Source: Tubulanus polymorphus (Eukaryota; Animalia; Nemertea). From it: DNA of 64,000 nucleotides. The translations under genes and the position numbers were made by a program. Shown in pieces: positions 24,901 to 39,900 of the stretch. Position 1 is the stretch's first letter. Each line of letters begins with the position of its first letter. The DNA is taken from NCBI RefSeq assembly GCF_964204645.1, contig NC_134033.1, positions 15,570,655 to 15,634,654 of the forward strand. Direction: 5' to 3'. The notes below the pieces were generated by a model, which had not been told where the DNA came from, ran no database searches, and was given only the letters and a program-made list of their open reading frames with translations.

Positions 24901-27900
24901 AATCTATTAATAATCGTTTATTAATTAATTACCGAATTAACGGCGGATTATTATTTCAAGAATTGGATTACGTCGTTCGAGGAGGAATTTTTTGTATCGG
25001 AGAATCGCGTTAAAGTGCAAATAATTTCAACGCTGATTTGATTTGTTTTGAGACATGGACCGGTTACCTGATTTTGTATCGATTTAAATTCGTCGTTTTA
25101 ACCGGGCCGGCGCGGCCGCGGATTTCCGTTTAGAAAAACGTCCCCTCGGAATATAAACGTATCGCATTCACAGGTATGTCATGTCGGTGTATTTATTCAA
25201 AATGTGGTGAATTTCGTCGATTATTTTAGACGCGATATTCGCGAATGTTTTATCGTCTGCAAAAGTCTCAAAAAAATTAAATTTGATTTAATGATGTAGA
25301 AGTGATACCCGGGCTGTAAAAGCCCTTTCATCGAGGTCTACTGTACTAAAGTATGCTGCACTAGAAATTGGTCCGACTATTCACTCGCCCACACTCTCGT
25401 AAATTCTCTATAGTAAACAAAGCTGTTTTAGTTGTTACCGTGTCATTGGACTCTATTTTTTAGAGTCTCGGATGCTTCAACCGAACTATTGAGCCACTGA
25501 CGCGGGGACCGGGCAATTAAGAATCTCGGATTCTTTTTTTGATAACCGACCCAGGGACCAGACTCTCAGGTTTTGAACAACTGACCCGGGGACCAAGCAC
25601 CCGGACTCCTTAGGAATCTCGGATTCTTAAGAAATCTTGCCAACTAATGTCCCCCAGACAATTTGGGGTCGTCCATTCTAGATTGTTATTTTTGATGTCT
25701 GTAATAAATTCTCAATGGTTAGAAAAAAAAGAATCTCAGATTTTGAACAACTGACCCGGGGACCAAGCACCCGGACTCCTTAGGAATCTCGGATTCTTAA
25801 GGAATCTGGCCAACTAATGTCCCCCAGAAAATTTGGGGTCGTCCATTCTAGATTGTTATTTTTGATGTCTGTAATAAATTCTCAATGGTTAGAAAAAAAA
25901 GAATCTCAGATTTTGAACAACTGACCCGGAGACCAGACGTTTTTCACCTTCAGGTCAAATTTGAACTAGATCTGCGCAATGACCTCCTCAATGAGTCCAT
26001 ACAGATATCTATTGTAAATACTACATGTATATATTCTACTATTAAGGGTGTATAGTTAGTGACAGATTTGACCCAGATCTCATTCTGCTCTTATTGCTCT
26101 CACAGTCAGGGTTTGTTATTGATGATCTCCAGGAGTATAGTTTGAATGAACGTGAAGTGTATATTTAGACTAAACGATATCTATAAATACCTAGTGTTTA
26201 TAGTGTCTTTGTGCTCTGAATGTCTGGGGAGTTGAAACGCTGGCCTGGCAGCAGCAGCAGCAGCAGCGGTAGTAAACTGATTGACTGATTAAGTATTTAA
26301 ACGACCGATATTAGATCTAATATCGACCCAAGTGTTTGTAGAAATAATTACTAAGAATTGTAAACATGTCGCCGAGCAGGTTCAAGACAGGGGTGTTGGA
26401 AGCAATTTTTGATTGCCGCGGCAAAATGCCGATTTTGGACAGGTTCTAAATATTGCCGCGGCGAATTTACTTAATTTCTTCAAAAATGTGGTATTCAAAG
26501 AAAAAAAAAACGTCATTCAGTAAATAATTGCCGAACGCCACTGTAAGATGTCCTAATGCATGAGCGCCTCATACTAGAGTCCTAATCTTTCATATCCCTG
26601 CCCGATGGAGTCCCCACATATGGATATTGTCTACAGCCAGTGCGTCTCTATAACTCTTTGATGTAAAGTACAAAACGTTTACTAAAACGCGCGTCTGCTA
26701 AACAGATTCATATGTGTTTATCACGATTAACTGTGTGTTACGAAAAGTTCAGAATGCACCTCTATCTATATCTGTGGTAGTGAAAGCTTTTAGAGGTTGA
26801 GTCTCTCTGGGTGTTGAGGTGGACGGATATCTCCATCTCCATGGCTGCTTAAAGGTTTACTTCTCTGGGTGCTGAGAATAGGAGGTTTACCTCTCTGGGT
26901 GCTGAGAATAGGTGGTTTTACCTCTCTGGGTACTGAGAATAGGTGGTTTTACCTCTCTGGGTGCTGAGAATAGGTGGTTTTACCTCTCTGGGTGCTGAGA
27001 ATAGGTGGTTTTACCTCTCTGTATGCTGAGAATAGGAGGTTTACCTCTCTGGGTGCTGAGAATAGGAGGTTTACCTCTCTGGGTGCTGAGAATAGGTGGT
27101 TTTACCTCTCTGGGTGCTGAGAATAGGTGGTTTTACCTCTCTGGGTGCTGAGAAGGGAGGCTGAGAACAAGAGGTCATACCTCTCTGTATGCTGAGAACA
27201 AGAGGTCATACCTCTCTGGGTGCTGAGAACAAGAGGTCATACCTCTCTGGGTGCTGAGAACAAGAGGTCATACCTCTCTGTATGCTGAGAACAAGAGGTC
27301 ATACCTCTCTGGGTGCTGAGAACAAGAGGTCATACCTCTCTGGGTGCTGAGAACAAGAGGTCATACCTCTCTGTATGCTGAGAACGAGAGGTTGTACTAC
27401 ACGCTCGGAGGTATCAGTAGGTGTTCCGTGTATGAATAGTGCAAGTGAATGGAAGGTCGTATTCGGGTCACCTGTTTTAAGTACAATGACATCAAAGCAA
27501 ATTGACGTGTCATTAACAACTTGTAGCAGGCCCCATGTGGCCCGTGGCCGGCCCGTATTGTGGTGGTGTTCATGGAGCTATAGCTCAATTATTGAAAATC
27601 TGTCCCTAGAAAACTGATGACAACTGCCGAAGTGGGTCTATTCTGATCGAATCGTTTAAACTTTCGGCCGTTAGTCCGACAATAAACAAAGGAATTTTTC
27701 TCCAAATCGGTGGAGCACAGTCACAGAGGCGGATCTAGGGTCTGATTCGAGAGGGTTGCACCCAAAATACGGTGTATCGTTTATAATCAAAAGGGCATCT
27801 CGAATGAAAGCTCATCAGAGATCATTAACTGAGTTTAGGAAATACAGAGGAGAAGCTTATATAATTATTAGGATCAGTTTAACATTTTTCGTTTTCTGAA

Positions 27901-30900
27901 ATATTTCAGGGTATGTTGAGATATTTTGGGGTGGGGGGGTTGTACCCCTGCACCCTCCTCTCGGATGCACGCCCCTGTGTTCGTCAGCTGGTCCGGTCAG
28001 CCAGCCTGTCAGCCTGTCAGCCAGTATACTCTGATACACTGTTTCAGATTTCATATTAATCAAGGCCACTGTGTGTAGTGGATATCGTCTGCTCGCAGCT
28101 GGTGGTAGTTTCCTACGTACATGCCTCGTGTCACGTCACTTCTAGGAATGTACGTCTGATACCTCAGCCGTTATCGCCCGCTGTTGCCGTTAGTTACGGC
28201 GTATATCATTCCGCTGATGAGAACGCACTGGATATCACCCGGTAATTCCCGTCTCTGGAAGCTCGCCGCGATGGGGCGAGTTAATCGAAATTCGCAGAAC
28301 GATATTTTAGGGAAGGGGGTCGATATAAGTCATAGGCACGGGGGGGTGAGGGGTGCAGTCGCTCGAAGGTTCCCCAGTCTCGCTATGTCAACTATCAAAT
28401 ATGCATAGAGATTGTTTATTCAATTTATTCATCATAAAACCTGTACATACAAAGATCGTCAATTTTTTTTTCTTTTAGATTTTTTTTATACAGATTAATT
28501 CGATTTCTATCAAAAATAATATACATAATAATTGATAAGAATTGACATAATAGAAAGCCTATACATCATCTTTATCTGGCAACACGCCACATGAAGAAAG
28601 TCGATGAACAAAGGACGGAATTTTGCCAGTGCGGCTGAAATACTCAAGATAAACAACATTAAGAGAAAGAATGCAAAACGCGTCTTTTTGCAACTATCCA
28701 TTGGTAACTCAACCCGACTTTTGAGCATATGTCGCTAGTGGAATTTAGGAAATGGTTTTTAATGTGGGTTTTAAGTCGAATAAAAGATATTCTATAAACG
28801 ATATAATGAATGGAGGCGCTCCTTTTTCTTCTCGGAAACTTTAAAAGAAAGATTTCTTTAAGATCTACGGTTAACCGCAATCTGTAGTTTATTTATTTCG
28901 CGGATCTCAGATAATGTTCCGCTCTCAGCTGTATAGGTGAGAATTGCCGGAATCTGTTGTTGAGTCGGCATAAAGAATCTGAGAGGAAGCGACTCTTGAA
29001 GTCGTTGAATGACGACGACTCCTGTAGTCAGTAATTACGTGAATGCATTGATAATAATACTGACTGATTCAGTGATTCTCGTTATTATTTGAATCATCTC
29101 GTGTTTACGAGACGTTCAATCGTAAGGTGACGAATTCAATCCAGGTCATGGTACGTCATGAATGGATACCTCATTCTCTCTTCTCCCTCCCTCTTCTCCG
29201 TCCTCTCTTTCTCGTCTCTTCCTCTATATCCCTCTCCTCCTCTGTCCCTTCTTCCTCCCTCCCGCTCTCTATCCCTCTTCTCTCCGCTTTCCCTCTTCTC
29301 CCTCTCCTTTTCATCTTTCCCCCTTTCTCTTTTCTCTCCCTCTTCTCCCTCTCCCTTTCTCCTATCCCTCTTTTCTCTCTCTTCTCTCCCCTCCCTTTCT
29401 TTCTTCTCACCCTCTCCTCTCACTCTCCTCTCTCTCCATTCTGCTCTGTCTCTCTGAGTCTCTATTATGATTATACGAGCCGCTCCTTGGCCTCAGGCAG
29501 CAGATCTCTCACAAACACTCCCTCACTTGCCAGTGCTCGATTGATTCTAATACTGCAGGCTATTGATGAATCATCAAACCCCGATGCTGGATTTATTTCT
29601 ACATCTTGTGTTAAATCATATTCAATCATTCATTGTTCATTTCATTCCGGAACTTAAACCAAAAAATGTGGATCATTCAGAAAAGAAGGGAAGGGAGAAG
29701 AAACAGTTGTACGGTTATGCAGTTGCACAGTTCTTTAATTATGCAGTAGTACGGTTGTACAGTTGCCCAGTTGTTTCGCTATGCAGTAGTACAGTTGCAA
29801 AGTGCACAGTTGTGCATTCGTACAGTTGTGCATTCGTACAGTTGTGCAGTTGTACAATTGTGCAGTAGCACAGTGGTACAGTTACTGCATTTGTACAATT
29901 GTGCAGTAGTACAGTTGTTTGGTTATGCATTAGTACAGTTGCACGGTTGTACAGTTGCAAAGGTGCACAGTTTACAATTGTGCTGTAGTACAGTTGTACA
30001 GTTGCACAGTTGTAGTTGTGCAGTTGCACAGTTGTGCATTTACCATAGAATGATGACAGAGATAATTTTGGGATTTTCTCATAGTTGAAACTGGTCGTTG
30101 TAGTGTTTATTGTATCTGTTCGAGATGAATATCATCATCATTTTCATCATCATCATCATCATTTTCATCATGCGAGTCTCTATAATCATACATACGCATT
30201 AAATCCACATAAAGAAATGAAAACTATTGTGTGATTTGGTTGCTATAGTAACCGCAGTACGCTGCAGTGCTGGCTGCTCTCTGGTATCGCGTGTCAGTCA
30301 GATTGTCACTCTCTCTGTTAGACTGAATCGACCTTCATCTTCGTCATTGGCCCAGTAACCTTTACGAATCATATTTTAGCGTATAATTCGGGGTGATTTG
30401 CACTGATTTGTCTTAAGAAAAATGTTTTGCTGTTTTTGCTGTTAGCTCTCACAACCTTCCTTAAAAGGTGTAAGATTTTCGACTTATGACCGGTATTAGG
30501 ATTTGAGACTACTTTTAGACTACTTTTAGACTACTTAGGACTTCTTTCATGGTTGCACTTGCTGGGACAATGGGGCCGGTTTGAATTATGGCTTAGCTTA
30601 AGCTCATTTTGGTTCTATTTTTAACCAACCTTTACAACTTAAGACCAGTCTAAGCTCATTTTGGTTCTATAGCCAATCTAACAACTTAAGACCAGTCTAT
30701 GCTCATTTTGGTTCTATAACCAATCTAACAACTTAACACCAGTCTAAGCTCATTTTAGTTCTATAACCAATCTAACAGCTTAAGACCCGCGTTTAAGCTG
30801 ATTTTGGTTCTATAACCAATCTTAACAAAGACCAGTCTGAAGATTTAAGGCCACTTTTATCTAATCCCTGTTTTCGTACGTTTGATATTTTTCAGGGCTA

Positions 30901-33900
30901 TAAAAGCGTTTCAGCACGTGTTGTATCAGGACCCGGGTTTCCCGTGCGCCAACGAGATTCACAACCGGCTGGGATTGATCTTCAAACTCAACGGAAACTT
31001 CGAAAGCTCGTTGAAAGTAAGTTCTCTCTCTCCCCCTCTCTCTCTCCCCCCTCTCCCTCTCTTTCTCTTTCCCCCTCTCTCTCTCCTCCCTCCCTCCCTC
31101 ACTCTCTCACTCTCGATTGTGAAACCTTATTCCAGGTCGAAACTAATCTTTCGTTATCAGACATCAAATTATCTGGAGATCTATTTTTAGCATTCGTGGT
31201 CTAGATTTGATTATTCAGTGAACTTGAATGATATCATTTTACAATTAATGCAAATTTTTTTTTTCAGCATTTCAGACAGGCTTTGAACGATTCGAGTCCG
31301 TGTTCGCTGACGAAGGGCGAAGGTACGTTTCAAACAATGATTTACTGGAACCTCGTTGCTACAAACTTCTGGGGCCGGTTGCATAGTCATGACTTAGACT
31401 TAAGACCAGTCTAAGACCAACTTAGTTCTATGGCCAATCTAACAACTTAAGGCCAGTCTAAGACCAGCTTAGTTCTATGACCAATATAACAACTTAAGGC
31501 CAGTCTAAGACCAGCTTAGTTCTATGACCAATATAACAACTTAAGGCCAGTCTAAGACCAGCTTAGTTCTATAGCCAATCTAACAACTTAAGACCAGTCT
31601 AAGACCAACTTAGTTCTATGACCAATCTAACAACTTAAGGCCAGTCTAAGACCAGCTTAGTTCTATAGCCAATCTAACAACTTAAGACCAGTCTAAGACC
31701 AACTTAGTTCTAGGACCAATCTAACAACTTAAGGCCAGTCTAAGACCAGCTTAGTTCTATAGCCAATCTAACAACTTAAGGCCAGTCTAAGACCAGCTTA
31801 GTTCTATGACCAATATAACAACTTAAGGCCAGTCTAAGACCAGCTTAGTTCTATGACCAATCTAACAACTTAAGGCCAGTCTAAGACCAGCTTAGTTCTA
31901 TGACCAATATAACAACTTAAGGCCAGTCTAAGACCAGCTTAGTTCTATGACCAATATAACAACTTAAGGCCAGTCTAAGACCAGCTTAGTTCTATAGCCA
32001 ATCTAACAACTTAAGACCAGTCTAAGACCAACTTAGTTCTATAGCCAATCTAACAACTTAAGGCCAGTCTAAGACCAGCTTAGTTCTATAGCCAATCTAA
32101 CAACTTAAGGCCAGTCTAAGACCAGCTTAGTTCTATGACCAATCTAACAACTTAAGGCCAGTCTAAGACCAGCTTAGTTCTATGACCAATATAACAACTT
32201 AAGGCCAGTCTAAGACCAGCTAAGTTCTATGACCAATATAACAACTTAAGGCCAGTCTAAGACCAGCTTAGTTCTATAGCCAATCTAACAACTTAAGACC
32301 AGTCTAAGACCAACTTAGTTCTATAGCCAATCTAACAACTTAAGGCCAGTCTAAGACCAGCTTAGTTCTATAGCCAATCTAACAACTTAAGGCCAGTCTA
32401 AGACCAGCTTAGTTCTATGACCAATATAACAACTTAAGGCCAGTCTAAGACCAGCTTAGTTCTATAGCCAATCTAACAACTTAAGACCAGTCTAAGACCA
32501 ACTTAGTTCTATAGCCAATCTAACAACTTAAGGCCAGTCTAAGACCAGCTTAGTTCTATAGCCAATCTAACAACTTAAGGCCAGTCTAAGACCAGCTTAG
32601 TTCTATAGCCAATCTAACAACTTAAGGCCAGTCTAAGACCAGCTTAGTTCTATAGCCAATCTAACAACTTAAGGCCAGTCTAAGACCAGCTTAGTTCTAT
32701 AGCCAATCTAACAACTTAAGGCCAGTCTAAGACCAGCTTAGTTCTATGACCAATATAACAACTTAAGGCCAGTCTAAGACCAGCTTAGTTCTATAGCCAA
32801 TCTAACAACTTAAGACCAGTCTAAGACCAACTTAGTTCTATAGCCAATCTAACAACTTAAGGCCAGTCTAAGACCAGCTTAGTTCTATAGCCAATCTAAC
32901 AACTTAAGGCCAGTCTAAGACCAGCTTAGTTCTATAGCCAATCTAACAACTTAAGGCCAGTCTAAGACCAGCTTAGTTCTATAGCCAATCTAACAACTTA
33001 AGGCCAGTCTAAGACCAGCTTAGTTCTATAGCCAATCTAACAACTTAAGGCCAGTCTAAGACCAGCTTAGTTCTATGACCAATATAACAACTTAAGACAA
33101 GTCTTAAGATTCAAGACCACGTTTTGGACTTAAGCCATGACTGTTCAACTGGCCCCTGGGGACCTAAAAATCTGGGGCCGGTTCCTCACAAGTCGGTTTA
33201 GAGTTAACCAGTGGATTGTTGACATAGTGACAATTGAAAGTTCATTGTTACTGCAGATTTTATCCGCCGGTTATCTTCAACTAACTTTTGAGCAACCCGT
33301 TCCAGCTGTTCGTTATAACCGATAGTTACAGCGGAACTTCTAAACCTCCCCCTCCAAACTCCCCCTCCCTGTACGCTAAACCTCCCCCTCAGCACTTCAG
33401 TTCTCTCTATCATCTGTTGTCACGTACGCCAGTTGTTAGTGTGTCGAGGTCATTGACTAGTGGCAGCACTGTCTACTCAACTAATACCAACACACCTTAG
33501 TTCATAAGTTCAACTGTAGATGGCAGCACACTTCGACTTCTGCCACAATAGTCACAGACGATGAGCAGAAGACTGAGTTCCTGCAGTTGAACAGGGTCCC
33601 TACGACTCCTTGATTCCTTGTAAACTCCTTCGAAACCAAAAATGTTTTTCAAACTCCTTGAATACCCTTGAATTTGAATAAAATGCCCAAAAGTCCTAGA
33701 AAACTCCTTGAAATCAAGAATGACTGATTTGTAGGGACCCTGGAGCAACTCCCATCTTTTAGATTAAACTTATTAATATTACAATTGAGTTTGAGAGTAA
33801 ATTTCATAATTATTCTTTCGATTTAGCTGGTTTTTCTTAAACATGGATACTAACCGGAGACCCTTCGATGAATGTATAATTATTTTGTGTGTTTTTCAGT

Positions 33901-36900
33901 TCGGTTTCATATCGGACACCTGTTCGAAGTTGAAGGTCGCGTGAAGCAGGCGAAGGAATCGTACGAACAACTCGTGCAAATCGACAACATAACGAACACG
34001 GTTAAGGCGAACGCGTTACGACAACTAGGTACGTATAGTAAATATATCATTGTTTCATCGTAAAATCATTCAGTTTTAATTTTCATCGCGCGTTAAGTTA
34101 GATTTAGAAAAGAAAAAAATACAATTTCATCGAAATTTGATGAGAAATTTTAATTAGTTAATATGAAACTTCTTTGAATTTAAATATTTGTTCTCTAAAT
34201 CTGGCCTAGCATCCTATTTTATAAGAACTGGACTGGTTGCATAGTCATGGCTTTGACTTAAGACCAGTCTAAGACCAACTTAATTCTATAGCCAATCTAA
34301 CAACTTAAGACCAGTCTTAAGATTTAAGGCCACTTTTGGACTTAAGTCACGACTGCAACAGGCCCCTGGGGTTAGTTGCGCAGTCTTAGCTTGCTTCTAT
34401 AGCCGATCTAACAACTTAAGCCCGGCCTTACGATTAAAGACAATTTTTTGACTGACAGTAGGCCACTGGGCCCTGATTCAGGTTAACTTAACACACCTGG
34501 CTTATAGTTAGTCCAAAATGTGGTCTTAAGTCTTAGAATTGGTCTTAGATTGTCCCTAGAACTAAGATGGTCTTAGACTGTTGTTAGATTGGTTATAGAA
34601 CCAAAATGAGCTTGGACTGGCTTAAATCTGAGGTATCGCTGCAACCAGATTGTCGAAGATTTTCACATTCTGATGATTCAATGATTATTTTTCGTTTTGA
34701 AGGTTGGTTATATTTTACGTGTGATCAATTGGGCGAGAAAACCACACGCGAGACAGCCGCCGTTCTACACCTTCAGAAATCATTAGACGTCGATCCATCT
34801 AGTGGACAATCGTGGTACTATCTCGGCAGGTACGTACGCGCGCATAATACTACTAGTAACGCCCTCTACTGGCTGTAATCTGTATCGTATTTTGAAGAAG
34901 TAACGTTTTATTGTTTTATTTCGCTCAGATGTTTTTCGAGTTCTGGTAAAGTGCACGATGCGTTCGTCTCCTATCGGCATTCAATCGATAAAACAGAGGC
35001 TAGTGCTGACACCTGGTGCTCCATAGGGTAACTATCTTTTGAACAATGCCGTAAAATTATGATTAGTTACTGATAACGACCATATCATTCTCAATGACTT
35101 CAATGATTCAGTAAAATTACAATTGCCAGACCTTCTCATTCTCGATGACTTCAACAATTCAGTGAAATTATGATGCCTTCTCATTCTCAATGACTTCAAC
35201 AATTCAGTAAAATTATGATTCCTTCTCATTCTCAATGACTTCAACAATTCAGCAAAATGATGATGCCTTCTCATTCTTAATAACTTTCAACGATTCAGTG
35301 AAATAATGAAATGTGATGATTAGTGATGATGTATTGTATTTTGTAGAGTTCTATATCAGCAGCAGAATCAGCCTATGGATGCATTGCAGGCGTATATATG
35401 TGCCGTACAGTTAGATAAATCACATGTCGCCGCTTGGACCGACCTCGGAATTTTATACGAAAATTGTAACCAACCTAAAGATGCTTTGACTTGTTACGTT
35501 AATGCTGCCAATAACAATGGTAACTATTCTGATATTCTAAGTCAAAGACGTTCATAAAGATCGGAGGGAAAATCAGGCAATCTTGGATTTATTTGTCCCT
35601 GCAGGGAAAATTAGGGAATTCTGACTTTTTTTAAAAATCAGGGAAAGGTCAGGGAATTTTGTTGTCTTGTTGTTCTTGCTGGTGATGAGTGGCACAAGGA
35701 ACCTCTTGATAAGAAACAGCCCCCACTGAGGATATCTTATAATTCAATCAGGGAATTTGAATTTTTGGTGCCTTGTTGTTCTTGCTGGTGACGAGTGGCA
35801 CGAGGAACCTCTTGATAAGAAACAGCCCCCACTGAGGATATCTTATAATTCAATCAGGGAATATTTGGTCAAGGGTCAGGGAAATATCAGGGAATTTTGG
35901 ATTTATTTTTCTGTTCAGGGAAAATCAGAGAAATCTGACTCCTCTTGAAAATCAGGGAATTTTGAATTTTTGGCGTCTTGTGCTTGCTGGTGACGAGTGC
36001 CACAAAAGGAATCTCTCCATAACAAACAGCCCCCACTGAGAATATCTTATAATTTAATCGGGGATTGGTCAAGGGTCGGGAAATTAGGATATCTTGATCC
36101 GTATCGACGCCGCCCTTTTCAGACCATAAACTATAGTATTTCAACAATTGAATATTTTTCAGATTCTATCAATCCGAATTTGATAACTCGAATTCAGTTC
36201 TTACAGAAACAGTTGAGTCAAATTCCGATACAACACTTTCAAAACAAGTAAGTCACAGTTAAACATTTATTCACGCTGTTTATTCAATGTTTTCAAGGGG
36301 ATTTTTTGCCGTCGGTCTCCTGGCGGTTTTCTCACAAAGGAAGCACGATTCTTATTTTGATTCCGTTTGCTGATTTTATGCTGTGGAATTTTGTACGAAT
36401 CGCACAAACCCTCTAGACCACTTAGCCAGCCTGGCATGTTCTAATAATGATCATCAATCCACAAAGTTGGTCATCTTCCTATGAAACGCTTGAAGATAAA
36501 TGAAAAATGATGAATTAAAATCGATACCGAAAGGAAAATATTATTTGTTTCACGAAAGCAGTTATGATTATGGCGAAAACTTTTTCCCTAGTTTAACTTA
36601 TTTCTGCTGAGGTGGATTTGTTACTTAATGGTTATTTTCAATTTCTTGTTTTATATTTGAGGATAAACCTTCACGAACAAACCCTCTAGACCACTGAGCC
36701 AGTTAGGCACGTTCTATTAACGATAAACGCAGCTATCTCGTAGCTGTTAAGAGTTAAGTGACGGGTGTATACCACAGTACGCTCGTGATCTCCTCAGTTG
36801 AATATGGAACTGTACTTTCAGTCACCTCCCCTTGCAGACTGATTGTACTTGCAAACATTCCCTCCCTGCACATTTACAGGATACTTATTCGGTCATCTCC

Positions 36901-39900
36901 CTGTTCGCCTTGCAGACTGATTGTATCCTTACATTATCCCCCATTTCCATCTCTAGAGGATAGGTCTCTTAGTCAGCTCCTCCGCCCTTGCGGACTGATT
37001 GAACAAACCCCTCCCTCATTGGTGGATAGTTCTCTCAATCAGCCCCTCCACCCTTGCAGACTGATTGAACAAACCCCTTCCCTAATCGCTGGATAGTTCT
37101 CTCAATCAGCCCCTCCACCCTTGCAGACTGATTGAACAAACCCCTTCCCTAATCGCTGGATAGTTCTCTCAATCAGCCCCTCCACCCTTGCAGACTGATT
37201 GAACAAACCCCTTCCCTAATCGCTGGATAGTTCCCTCTATCAGCCCCTCTACCCTTGCAGACTGATTGAACAAACCCCTCCCCCAATCGCTGGATAGTTC
37301 CCTCTATCAGCCCCTCCACCCTTGCAGACTGATTGAACAAACCCCTTCCCTAATCGCTGGATAGTTCTCTCAATCAGCCCCTCCACCCTTGCAGACTGAT
37401 TGAACAAACCCCTTCCCTAATCGCTGGATAGTTCTCTCAATCAGCCCCTCCACCCTTGTAGACTGATTGAACAAACCCCTCTCCTAATCGCTGGATAGTT
37501 CCCTCTATCAGCCCCTCCACCCTTGCAGACTGATTGAAAATATATCTTAAAACTTTGGGCCCAGTTACACAAAAATAATTTCAGCCTAAATCTATTTACG
37601 ACAAACTGAATTAACAAAGAAATTGAATGGATTAAAAGGTAAAACATTCTTGTGAAACTGGACTCTGTTCGCGCGGTTTCTCATTATTTGTCGAACATTC
37701 GAATAAATTTCCAGTGAATACTTGTTTAACAGACGTCTTTTATCGATATTGCAGAACGAAGACATTGCCGGACATCGAGCAGGCGTGGTCGCTGCCGATT
37801 CCGGCCGAGTTGACCTCGCGTCAGGCCAGAATGGTCAATTCCAACGAGAAATCGTCACCGGCAACCGTTCAACAGATCAACGCCTCCGCGAGTCCTCAAC
37901 AGATGGAGCCGCCGTTCGGCGATGAACCGTCCCCGAAACGACGCAAGACTTCGGCGAAAAAGAAGGTGAATTTATTTTTTTTTAATTTTTATTTTATCCG
38001 TCAGAAATACTTGCGGAAAAATTTGCAAATTTTGAATTCATGTAAAAATGTGGAAACCGCGTAATTATCCACGGTGTTAACTTATGTACGATCGTTGTGT
38101 ATTCAAGGATGGAACTATCTCTCCGACGACGCAGCATCCGGCAGTCGTCAGCACCGGTCCAGCCGCTCTCACTCCTCAACAGATGCAGATGTTGCAGTAT
38201 CTGCAGCAGAATCAGGCTACGTTGAATCCGCAGCAGATGGCGCTGTTGCAGCAGCTACAGCAGCAGCACTTCCTCAACCAGCAACACAAAATACAACAGG
38301 CTCAGCGTCAACAGCTGCAACAGGTAAAATTAACAACCGATAATCAGTTTGACAAAAACTCAGTTATTTTGATTTCAAAAGTTCTGATCAGGTTAAGTCA
38401 GGATTGATTTATACCTGCAGGGAATTTGAATTTTTGGTGTCTTGTTGTTCTTGCTGGTGACGAGTGGCACAAGGAACCTCTTGATAAGAAACAGCCCTCA
38501 CTGAGGATATCTTGTAATTTAATCAGGGAATTTGAATTTTTGGTGTCTTGTTATTCTTGCTGGTGACGAGTGGCACAAAGTACCTCTTGATAAGAAACAG
38601 CCCTCACTGAGAATATCTTATAATTCAATCAGGGAATTTTTGGTGTCTTGTTGTTCTTGCTGGAGACAAGTGACACAAGGAACCTCTTGATAAGAAACAG
38701 CCCTCACTGAGAATATCTTATGATTCAATCAGGGAATTTTTGGTGTCTTGTTGTTCTTGCTAGTGACAAGTGACACAAGGAACCTCTGGATAAGAATTAG
38801 CCCCCACTGAGGATATCTTATAATTCAATCAGGGAAATATCAGGGAATTTTAGATTTTTCGGGAAACCTTCAGTTCGAATCTTGTTTCAGGAAGCCTCTG
38901 TGACATTTTTCAGTTTTTGAAAATGGATTTTCTTCTTTTTTAGGGGTCGCCTGGAGGCCTCGGGTCGCAGACGTCCCCCGGGCAGTTTCCGAGCCCGCGT
39001 GGACCTCTACCGCCCGTCAGTTCGCCGCAGCAACAAGGCGGTAAATCAGCGCAATTCCGCCAGATGGCACCACTAGAGGTGCCTTACACAACGCAGCAAC
39101 AACAACAACAAAGATCAACAGAGCTACCTCAACAACAACAACCGCAACAGCAGCAGGCGGGCGTCCCGTTACAACAACCATCTAAACATTCCTCATTACA
39201 CGCCAACTATCACCAAACAGCTCCCCCTAGTGGCAGCGGTGGTAGTAACGCGGGCGAGATCGGAGCGTTAAGCGATCTCGGACTCGGCGCGTTGTCGAAG
39301 GACCCGACGTCGATGAGTGATCAGGAACTAACGGCGTTGCTATCTCAGAAAGACATCGCCACTTCGCTCGCCGAGGATCTGTTGGCGCACTTCGAGCAGG
39401 AGCCCGCGAAATCGGACGCCGGCGAGTTATCGGCGGCGCCACCAGGTGGCGCCGGCACCACGACGTCGACGTCCGTTTCTAGTCAGACAGCCGGCGATCG
39501 GACTACGCAGCTGAAAGAATCGGTTCACATGAACAGCGGATTATTGTTCTATAAACAATTCAGTCGTAAACAGGAATTATCAAATTTGTTTCCGAAATTG
39601 TCGACGAAAATGTCGTCGCGCGAGATTCTAGACGTTTGTAAAGGATTCGGTAAGTGACGACGAATTTCGTTTTCTCTGTGAACCAATGTCTATTTCAAAT
39701 TAGCTCGAGAAAACGTTGGGTGGTCTAGTTCTGTCAGTTTTAGTAGTACATTGCTGATATAGGTCCTGAGAGCACCAGGGCAGACATAACAGATGGGCAG
39801 CTGAACTTAAACATCGATTTTTAATCCATTTTACGCCGTATTGAAGGATTGCAAAAAAGTCTTTAAATGCAGTAGAATAGATAAAAGTGACTCCATAATT

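Noticed and set aside
29127-30088. Several overlapping ORFs of 79-176 aa
   Set aside because: Products of the CT tract and CAGTTGT repeats.
31372-33155. CRISPR-like regular array (also 26855-27392, 36975-37537, 58319-58615, 61675-61920)
   Set aside because: The units are contiguous with no unique spacers, there are no cas genes, and the context is a eukaryotic genome. These are minisatellites.
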